A DNA stretch of 64,000 bases from positions 28,954,001 through 29,018,000 of the forward strand of contig OZ024753.1 in assembly GCA_964016885.1 (NCBI GenBank), in the 5' to 3' direction. This DNA comes from Eledone cirrhosa. Its lineage: Eukaryota. Position 1 is the first letter of the stretch. Every line of letters begins with the position of its first letter. The position numbers and the translations under genes were made by a program. This document shows positions 51,591-61,636 of the stretch, in pieces. The notes under the pieces were generated by a model, which was not told the DNA's origin, searched no databases, and was given only the letters and a program-made list of their open reading frames with translations.

Positions 51591-52661
51591 ACAAACAACC
51601 ATATGCATATGAACACACATATATAACTATGCAAGCAAAATCTACATAGGCACACGTAAACATACTCTCGTACACACTCAAATACATGCACATTCTCTAG
51701 AATATTTATTCGTATTTTGTGAGTAAGTCACTAAGTATGCATAACCCGGATGAACTCTATTGAATTATTTATTTTTCAAGCTGATGTAGAGAGGATATTG
51801 GCGCGTCAAGATGATTAAAATAGAGGAAAAAGGAGACAATCGTAGGTTTACAACGTCTGGCTTAAATTTATAATACATCATACTTCGTCCCCGTTGGTAG
51901 TACGAATATTAGCGTAAGACTTTATTAGCTAGCCGAGTTGAGATTGAGTTGCACTTCTGCTTAAAGGGTCAACTATATGGCTCTCGTCAATGATAGTCTG
52001 TCATATGCTGTGATTGTTTAGTTCTAGGTTAAATCTAATCTAGCAGATTTATATCAAAGCTGTGGTCATATATTCGGGTATAACATATTTAGGACAACCT
52101 TATTAAATGTGTTCTCATTAGTTCGTACTGATCCGTGGTTTTGCACTAGATACTTAGCTCTCGTCGTATTAGTTCGTTCAACTCGGAATAAGTCGTACAA
52201 ATATTTACAGCTCACCGATGCAAGCGTTAAGTGTGAGAGGATTATATAGTATATTAATGAAATCTTCCTTTCTATATTTAATAGATAGTTTATGTTGTCC
52301 TGTAATGTGGAAGAAGAGTAGAAAGTAAACTAGCCAGCATCTTCTTAGGTTTAAGAAAGTTGCTTTGAAAACATGCTGCTTTGAGCTCGACCTTCTATTG
52401 CGAGATACTTTGGGAAAATGTCTACTACCAAAGAATGAGTTCAATTATATTTTTCATTGTAAATATGAAAAACAAACAACAATAAATCAATGAAAATGAA
52501 ATAAAACAAAAATAACAGCCAAATTAAGGTTGACAGTAATTAATTCTAATTACATTATAGAGGAGTTTGGAAATCATTTGAAAATTAACTAATTTAATTA
52601 ATCAGTTTTAATCTAATAAAGAAAAAGTGGAACAAGAGGAAAATAAAAAGTATCTTCATAC

Positions 52662-52787
52662 CTGACTTTTCACAATCCATCTCATCCTCCCCTCTTGGGC
52701 AATCTGTTTCAAAATCACAAACCCATTTTAGTGGAATACAATTTTCTGCGTCACATTTAAACTCGCCCTGTTTGCACTTCTTCGCAC
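52662..52787 (-). CDS. LDL-receptor class A repeat exon (second in window)
   Basis: ttttag|GT GCG..TCA G|gtatga, 126 nt, phase 1-1; AKKCKQGEFKCDAENCIPLKWVCDFETDCPRGEDEMDCEKS. Confidence 0.95.
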
Positions 52788-52814
52788 CTAAAATGAAATA
52801 ATAATAATGATAAT

Positions 52815-52995
52815 AATTATTTCTACTTTAGGCACAAGGCCAGCAATTTGGGGAAGGGGAAAGTTGATCAAATTGACTCCAGTGAATGAATCACTGCTGT
52901 TTAATTTTATCGACCCCCGTAAGGATGAAAGTCAAAGTTAGCCTCGGCGGGATTTAAACCCAGAACGTAAAGGGTTGTAACTCTATTCTGCAAAG
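52815..52995 (-). mobile_element. Nin-SINE (5'-truncated)
   Basis: Tail GGCACAAGGCCAGCAAT and core motifs. Confidence 0.8.
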
Positions 52996-53319
52996 TAATA
53001 ATAATGGAAGTTCAACAAAACAATGTAATGAATTGCCCAATGGATTGAGAATTATTTTTTTTTTAAATATCGATTTCTAACATTAATATTTGGCAACGAA
53101 ACACCATATCATTTGATAGTCGCTTCTTTTACTGGCGTCGCAAAAGAACGACATTATCAAATCATTGTTGTTGTCAAATCACCAAAGTATTTAGGTGTGT
53201 GTATTTACATTCTGTGTTCGAACCTCATCAAAGGCATCTTTGTGTTACCCACCTCCTTGGTAAATCAAATAAGTTACACTCAAATATTACAATCGATTTA
53301 ATTAGTTATAGCACTACTT

Positions 53320-53710
53320 TATTAATCATAGGCCTCCTTTGGTCACGAATGTCCATAGGTTCACTCTTAGAAAGTTCCTCACCGGGGCACAAACCCCGAA
53401 CAAGGTGTTTGTGTGGAATATCAGTCTCCTTTCACGATGCCACTGATGTTGTCCAAGGGAAAGGACAAAGGCTGATTCATCTTGGCACCAGTGATGACGC
53501 AACTACTTTTCTACAGCTGAATGAACTGGAGCAACGTGAAATAAAGTTTCTTGCACCGCCTGGTCTGGGAATCGAACTCACAACCTCACGATGTAAAAGT
53601 CACGTGCCTTCACACCCTTCTAATACATTAGTATTATTCTTGCACCACCTGGTCTGGGAATCGAAGTCACAATTGTAAGCCCGATGCTCTAACTACTAAG
53701 CCACGTACCC
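53320..53710 (-). mobile_element. CORE-type tRNA SINE, rearranged
   Basis: GAACTGGAGCAACGTGAAATAAAG..GGGAATCGAACTCACAACC..AACTACTAAGCCACG. Confidence 0.7.
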
Positions 53711-54223
53711 TTACACCTATCTAATACATTAGTGGTTATGTGCACATGTTAAACAATTGTTTACATTATTATAATGTCAATGATTGGAATAAACAGTATC
53801 TTTATCAGTTACCCATTATCACATTAGAAAATGTGAAGACGGAAATAGTTAAGGCCATTATATAATATTTCGTTCCGTAGTGTTTTGCCATGACCCTTTA
53901 CATTCTGAGTAGAGCTATCAGCGACATCAACTTTGACATCGTTCGTCTGGGGACGATGATATAAGCATCTGTTATTTTATTTTTGGAATAGATTCAATTG
54001 ACTTATATTCTTTGCCTATAAAGTGTGGCTATTTGCCAATCTGATAAATAGATGTTATATATTAAGCACATGCAGAAATGCTTAGATTCATGATGTCAGG
54101 GGAAATGAGAGACAGTGTGACATTTACACCATTCATAAGTGAATTTGTGTATTAATTACTACATAAGAAGTAATTAGTAAGAAAGTAGTAATACAAGTAA
54201 GAATTCGTGAAAGAAATGCATAC

Positions 54224-54340
54224 AGTTTTCTTCGTCTTTTCCATTGTAGCAATCGTTTTGGCGATCACACAACCATTCAGGAGAAATACATTTTCCATCA
54301 CCACACGAAAAACTCCGTTCTCCTGTGCATTCAGTCGATG
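54224..54340 (-). CDS. LDL-receptor class A repeat exon (first in window)
   Basis: ttttcag|CA TCG..AAC T|gtatgc, 117 nt, phase 1-1; STECTGERSFSCGDGKCISPEWLCDRQNDCYNGKDEEN, with the last Cys codon split T|GT across the intron. Confidence 0.95.
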
Positions 54341-54862
54341 CTGAAAAGCAGAAAAACATGTTTAGATTATAAATCATATTTATATATATATATATTACAA
54401 AGCTCAATCTGAATTTATCTAAAAATCTTTCATCATAAATTTATAAGAACATTTGTTAAGTAATAAAAAATAAAAAAGGGCAAACAAAAAGAAAGAAAGA
54501 ATAGGGAAATATATAAAAAAAAAAAAAAGAGAAAGAAAGAAGAAAAAGAACGGGAAAGAGAGGGGTGGCAAGAGCTCTGGTGTTGCAAAAGAGAGAGGGG
54601 ATGATTGGGCTTTGGGCTTAGGGCAAGGGAGAAGTGCTGCGCCCCGCGGACAAGACGGCAAAAGCATTCCCCCGGACGATGGCCGGTGACACCCGTTGCA
54701 ACAGCCACCCAACCTCGCGGGGCTCCCTCCTCAGACGGGCCACCGACGCTCCGATCTTGCGGAGGAGCTCGGCAGTATGGGGTCCAAGTACGCAAAATGT
54801 ATTTAAAAATGAAGGAATTATATAAAAACGTTAAAGTTTTCCTCTATTTTCTTAGGATTGAC

Positions 54863-57800
54863 ATCTGTATATATACAGTAGTACCCCGGTATTGGCGAGA
54901 GTTAATCTGTATATATACAGTGGTACCCCGGTATTGGCGAGAGTTAATCTGTATATATACAGTGGTACCCCGGTATTGGCGAGAGTTAATCTGTATATCT
55001 ACAGTAGTACCCCGGTATTGGCGAGAGTTAATCTGTATATATACAGTAGTACCCCGGTATTGGCGAGAGTTAATCTGTATAGATACAGTAGTACCCCGGT
55101 ATTGGCGACAGTTAATCTGTATATATACAGTAGTACCCCGGTATTGGCGAGAGTTAATCTCTAGATATACAGTAGTACCCCGGTATTGGCGAGAGTTAAT
55201 CTGTATATATACAGTAGTACCCCGGTATTGGCGAGAGTTATTCTCTAGATATACAGTAGTACCCCGGTATTGGCGAGAGTTAATCTCTAGATATACAGTA
55301 GTACCCCGGTATTGGCGAGAGTTAATCTGTATATATACAGTAGTACCCCGGTATTGGCGAGAGTTATTCTCTAGATATACAGTAGTACCCCGGTATTGGC
55401 GAGAGTTAATCTCTAGATATACAGTAGTACCCCGGTATTGGCGAGAGTTAATCTCTAGATATACAGTAGTACCCCGGTATTGGCGAGAGTTAATCTGTAT
55501 ATATACAGTAGTACCCCGGTATTGGCGAGAGTTATTCTCTAGATATACAGTAGTACCCCGGTATTGGCGAGAGTTAATCTCTAGATATACAGTAATACCC
55601 CGGTATTGGCGAGAGTTAATCTGTATATATACAGTAGTACCCCGGTATTGGCGACAGTTAATCTCTAGATATACAGTAATACCCCGGTATTGGCGAGAGT
55701 TAATCTGTATATATACAGTAGTACCCCGGTATTGGCGACAGTTAATCTGTATATATACAGTAGTACCCCGGTATTGGCGAGAGTTAATCTGTAGATATAC
55801 AGTAGTACCCCGGTATTGGCGAGAGTTAATCTCTAGATATACAGTAATACCCCGGTATTGGCGAGAGTTAATCTGTATATATACAGTAGTACCCCGGTAT
55901 TGGCGACAGTTAATCTGTATATATACAGTAGTACCCCGGTATTGGCGAGAGTTAATCTGTAGATATACAGTAGTACCCCGGTATTGGCGAGAGTTAATCT
56001 CTAGATATACAGTAGTACCCCGGTATTGGCGAGAGTTAATCTCTAGATATACAGTAGTACCCCGGTATTGGCGACAGTTAATCTGTATATATACAGTAGT
56101 ACCCCGGTATTGGCGAGAGTTAATCTGTATATATACAGTAGTACCCCGGTATTGGCGAGAGTTAATCTGTATATATACAGTAGTACCCCGGTATTGGCGA
56201 GAGTTAATCTCTAGATATACAGTAGTACCCCGGTATTGGCGAGAGTTAATCTGTATAGATACAGTAGTACCCCGGTATTGGCGACAGTTAATCTGTATAT
56301 ATACAGTAGTACCCCGGTATTGGCGAGAGTTAATCTCTAGATATACAGTAGTACCCCGGTATTGGCGAGAGTTAATCTGTATATATACAGTAGTACCCCG
56401 GTATTGGCGAGAGTTATTCTCTAGATATACAGTAGTACCCCGGTATTGGCGAGAGTTAATCTGTAGATATACAGTAGTACCCCGGTATTGGCGAGAGTTA
56501 ATCTCTAGATATACAGTAGTACCCCGGTATTGGCGAGAGTTAATCTGTATATATACAGTAGTACCCCGGTATTGGCGACAGTTAATCTGTATATATACAG
56601 TAGTACCCCGGTATTGGCGAGAGTTAATCTGTATATATACAGTAGTACCCCGGTATTGGCGAGAGTTAATCTGTATATATACAGTAGTACCCCGGTATTG
56701 GCGAGAGTTAATCTCTAGATATACAGTAGTACCCCGGTATTGGCGAGAGTTAATCTGTATATATACAGTAGTACCCCGGTATTGGCGAGAGTTATTCTCT
56801 AGATATACAGTAGTACCCCGGTATTGGCGAGAGTTAATCTCTAGATATACAGTAGTACCCCGGTATTGGCGAGAGTTAATCTGTATATATACAGTAGTAC
56901 CCCGGTATTGGCGACAGTTAATCTGTATATATACAGTAGTACCCCGGTATTGGCGACAGTTAATCTGTATATATACAGTAGTACCCCGGTATTGGCGAGA
57001 GTTAATCTGTATATCTACAGTAGTACCCCGGTATTGGCGAGAGTTAATCTGTATATATACAGTAGTACCCCGGTATTGGCGAGAGTTAATCTGTAGATAT
57101 ACAGTAGTTCCCCGGTATTGGCGAGAGTTAATCTCTAGATATACAGTAGTACCCCGGTATTGGCGAGAGTTAATCTGTATATATACAGTAGTACCCCGGT
57201 ATTGGCGACAGTTAATCTGTATATATACAGTAGTACCCCGGTATTGGCGACAGTTAATCTGTATATATACAGTAGTACCCCGGTATTGGCGACAGTTAAT
57301 CTGTATATATACAGTAGTACCCCGGTATTGGCGAGAGTTAATCTCTAGATATACAGTAGTACCCCGGTATTGGCGAGAGTTAATCTGTATATATACAGTA
57401 GTACCCCGGTATTGGCGAGAGTTATTCTCTAGATATACAGTAGTACCCCGGTATTGGCGAGAGTTAATCTCTAGATATACAGTAGTACCCCGGTATTGGC
57501 GAGAGTTAATCTCTAGATATACAGTAGTACCCCGGTATTGGCGAGAGTTAATCTGTATATATACAGTAGTACCCCGGTATTGGCGAGAGTTAATCTGTAT
57601 ATATACAGTAGTACCCCGGTATTGGCGAGAGTTAATCTGTATATATACAGTAGTACCCCGGTATTGGCGAGAGTTAATCTCTAGATATACAGTAGTACCC
57701 CGGTATTGGCGAGAGTTAATCTGTAGATATATAGTAGTACCCCGGTATTGGCGAGAGTTAATCTGTATATATACAGTAGTACCCCGGTATTGGCGACAGT

Positions 57801-59146
57801 TAATCTGTATATATACAGTAGTACCCCGGTATTGGCGAGAGTTAATCTGTATATATACAGTAGTACCCCGGTATTGGCGAGAGTTAATCTGTATATATAC
57901 AGTAGTACCCCGGTATTGGCGAGAGTTAATCTCTAGATATACAGTAGTACCCCGGTATTGGCGAGAGTTAATCTGTATATATACAGTAGTACCCCGGTAT
58001 TGGCGAGAGTTAATCTCTAGATATACAGTAGTACCCCGGTATTGGCGAGAGTTAATCTGTATATATACAGTAGTACCCCGGTATTGGCGAGAGTTAATCT
58101 CTAGATATACAGTAGTACCCCGGTATTGGCGAGAGTTAATCTGTATATATACAGTAGTACCCCGGTATTGGCGACAGTTAATCTGTATATATACAGTAGT
58201 ACCCCGGTATTGGCGAGAGTTAATCTGTATATCTACAGTAGTACCCCGGTATTGGCGAGAGTTAATCTGTATATATACAGTAGTACCCCGGTATTGGCGA
58301 GAGTTATTCTCTAGATATACAGTAGTACCCCGGTATTGGCGAGAGTTAATCTGTATATATACAGTAGTACCCCGGTATTGGCGAGAGTTAATCTGTATAT
58401 ATACAGTAGTACCCCGGTATTGGCGAGAGTTAATCTGTATATATACAGTAGTACCCCGGTATTGGTGAGAGTTAATCTGTATATATACAGTAGTACCCCG
58501 GTATTGGCGAGAGTTAATCTGTATATATACAGTAGTACCCCGGTATTGGCGAGAGTTAATCTGTATATATACAGTAGTACCCCGGTATTGGCGAGAGTTA
58601 ATCTGTATATATACAGTAGTACCCCGGTATTGGCGACAGTTAATCTGTATATATACAGTAGTACCCCGGTATTGGCGAGAGTTAATCTGTATATATACAG
58701 TAGTACCCCGGTATTGGCGAGAGTTAATCTCTAGATATACAGTAGTACCCCGGTATTGGCGAGAGTTAATCTGTATATATACAGTAGTACCCCGGTATTG
58801 GCGACAGTTAATCTGTAGATATACAGTAGTACCCCGGTATTGGCGAGAGTTAATCTGTATATATACAGTAGTACCCCGGTATTGGCGACAGTTAATCTGT
58901 ATATATACAGTAGTACCCCGGTATTGGCGAGAGTTAATCTGTATATATACAGTAGTATCCCGGTATTGGTGAGAATTAATCTCTAGATATACAGTAGTAC
59001 CCCGGTATTGGCGAGAGTTAATCTGTATATATACAGTAGTACCCCGGTATTGGCGAGAGTTAATCTGTAGATATACAGTAGTACCCCGGTATTGGCGAGA
59101 GTTAATCTGTAGATATACAGTAGTACCCCGGTATTGGCGAGAGTTA
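54863..59146. repeat. 42-bp tandem array, 102 copies, made of 13 bp of flank plus 29 bp of a DNA-transposon TIR
   Basis: Unit ATCTGTATATATA-CAGTAGTACCCCGGTATTGGCGAGAGTTA; the span of 4284 bp equals 102 x 42. Confidence 0.97.
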
Positions 59147-59300
59147 CGTTCCGAAAGCATCCACGAAGAGTGAAAAAACTGCAAATATTGGATGTGATCC
59201 ATAAAAATGCCTATAAACGTCAAAATATAACGTAAAATATAATAAAAAGTCAGATCTTTTTATTGGTTTGTTATAACGCATGAAGGTGCATATATCAAAC
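59118..59300 (+). mobile_element. Left end of a pogo/Tigger-like (Tc1/mariner superfamily) element
   Basis: TA|CAGTAGTACCCCGGTATTGGCGAGAGTTACGTTCCGAAAG resembles Tigger/MER2-type termini (CAGTAGTCCCCCCTTATCCGCGGGGGATACGTTCC); the right TIR was not found. Confidence 0.65.
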
Positions 59301-59309
59301 ATTTCATTG

Positions 59310-59641
59310 AAATCCTCTAATTTCTTATCAAAACTATCTCCTCTTTTCTTGATAAGTATTTTGTTCTATTTATAAGCAGATTCAATCAATCTCTCAATTT
59401 TTAGAACTATTCCCTCAAACCCAAAATAAGGGAAAGAAAATTTGTCCCATATTGTTTGCACATCTGCAGCAACAATCCGGTAGCATTCTTTCGCTGTGCG
59501 TGATGGTTTTTATATCTGTTCTTCACATTTTCTTATGTATAAATAATGTCGGAATACATCAGCCTTTGATGGGATCAATGCTGTAGGACATTCTGTAGGA
59601 AATCCAAATGCTGAATTACGGCTTTTACTTCTAGTAGCCAT
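59310..59641 (-). pseudogene. Degenerate N-terminus of a probable DNA transposase
   Basis: MATRSKSRNSAFGFPTECPTALIPSKADVFRHYLYIRK..*..ECYRIVAADVQTIWDK, preceded by an acceptor-like ttttgtttttcag near 59730; superfamily not assigned. Confidence 0.45.
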
Positions 59642-60297
59642 TATATAATTTTATATACTTAAATTATTACAGTTTAAATTTATGTAGGTATATTTGTAAA
59701 ATTATAATACAATTTAGCACTGAAATAATCTGAAAAACAAAAGAAAATCATTTAACAAATGTATACATTTTCTAAAAAAAAAATTCATTCAACACATATT
59801 GAAAAGTTGTAATTTTACCATGTTGGAGGGGTACCTACCTACCTTATATCTCAATTTTTTTGCTAGCTTTACTCGTCAGATGTTTTAAACAAGGTTTCTA
59901 CAGTGAAATATGATTAAATGTTTCATATCCATAAGCAATTTAGTATATATGTGTTAGAGATTATATATCGGTGTCACGTAGTATCAAATCAATCATCACT
60001 TATTCTGCCAACAATTTTTATCTATCGAAATCTCTGAATGTCGACAATTGAATAGCTGTATTCATCACTTAATACTTATTACAAATAACCGACACAACCA
60101 ATGTTTGAATTTATGTAGAGGAAAGTCTAACATCAGCATACAAGAAAGAAAAGTGAACATAAATTCAATACAGATGTCTTCTTAAATTATTTTTAATAAA
60201 CTTCTTTACATAAGATACGTCTGCTTGTCTGTCTGCCTGTCTGTCTTTGTCTCCTTGCCTCTATCTCTCTCTCTTCCTCACACATGTTAACTTATTA

Positions 60298-60739
60298 TAA
60301 TGGTTTCTGATTTAGACACAAGGCCAACAATTGTGGGTTAGGGAAAGTCGATTAAATTGACCCCAGTGCATTATTGGTATTTCATTTTATCGATCCCCGT
60401 AAAGATAAAAGCCAAAGTAAACCTCGGCGAGATTTGAACTCAGGGCGTAAAGGGCTGTAACTCTATGCTGCAAAGAATGGTCTCCGACGTTCTACCGATA
60501 CTGCCAATCTACCGCCTCAATAAAGGTTTTTTATATAGGGACAAGGCCAGCAATTTTGGGGGAGGGGAAAGTCGATTAAATCGACCCCAGTGCGTGACTG
60601 GTACTTTATTTTATCGTCCCCGTAAGGATGAAAGGCAAAGTTAACCTCGGCGGGATTTGAACTCAGATCATAAAGGGCCGTAACTATGCTGCAAAGCAGG
60701 GTGTCTGGCCCTCTACCGATACTGCCAATCCACCGCCCT
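60298..60739 (-). mobile_element. Two tandem full-length Nin-SINEs
   Basis: 60298-60517 and 60525-60739, each with A box, B box, Nin-like core and tail. Confidence 0.9.
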
Positions 60740-61029
60740 GATAATAATAAAATCTGATAATAATAAATAATAATAAAATCTGTCGAACGATTCTTTCCTG
60801 AGACATTCTAACCACATGTCCGTAATATTGGAGCTGTGATTTCTCAATTTGGAGAAGTAGCGGCTCTATATAAATTAACGATTTTTATTTATTATATATT
60901 ATTTACAATTTGCGTGTAGACATGTCTCTCTGGAAATGGGTCGGGGAGGAGCGCTGAGGGTATTACGTGGCCGAAAAGTTTGAGAACCTTTAAATTAGAT
61001 ACATGTGACATACCAAACTTAGACGAATT

Positions 61030-61290
61030 ACATCAATCGTCAAGTCAAGAGTACTCAAATTATACGGCCATATAAGAAGATCAACTCGTGGTGTGAGTAG
61101 GTTATGCCTGGAAGGAAGGTTGGCTGGTAAGAGAAGCAGAGGCCCGCAGCCAAACCGTTGGCTTGACAATGTCAATTCATGGACTGGACTTGATCTTTGC
61201 TCTTTGAACTATGCTGCTGGTGATCGAACTTTGTGGAGAGAGATGTTACATGTTAATGCACAGTCTACAACTGGTGGGGTTTAGCGTCAA
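61030..61290 (+). mobile_element. RTE-type LINE 3' fragment
   Basis: KSRVLKLYGHIRRSTRGVSRLCLEGRLAGKRSRGPQPNRWLDNV. Confidence 0.8.
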
Positions 61291-61549
61291 AGAGGACAAT
61301 TGGAAGTTTCTACGTGATAATCTACTACAGGCTACTGACGAAATTTGAGGCTAGGCAGGGGATGGCCTGCTGGTGAAGCAGCAACGTGGAAAGAGCCGTT
61401 AGAAATCAAGTGTGGAAAAGTTAGAAAGATTGGAAAGCTGGTGGCAGCAAAGATGAATATCAGATTGTAAACGAGAAGCCAGATAATAAGTATACATAAC
61501 AATCAAAGACGTTAAAAGCGGAAGGTTTGCAAATGTCTTGTTGAAATTG

Positions 61550-61636
61550 ATAGACAGATAGATATGTAGATAGGTAGATAGGTAGATAGGTAGATAGATA
61601 GTTAGGTAGATAGATAGGTAGGTAGGTAGATAGATA
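61550..61636. repeat. (TAGA)n/(TAGG)n microsatellite at the LINE 3' junction
   Basis: Mixed GATA/GGTA repeats. Confidence 0.9.

Noticed and set aside
54863-59146. CRISPR-like appearance (constant part plus variable part)
   Set aside because: The variable part has only a few near-identical states rather than unique spacers; the context is eukaryotic and there are no cas genes.
54605-59223. 1287-aa and 1459-aa ORFs on opposite strands
   Set aside because: By-product of a 42-bp (14-codon) tandem unit lacking stops in these frames; the unit is a TIR junction inside an intron, with no coding signal.
20931-60739. tRNA genes
   Set aside because: The A/B-box sequences are SINE heads without a complete cloverleaf.
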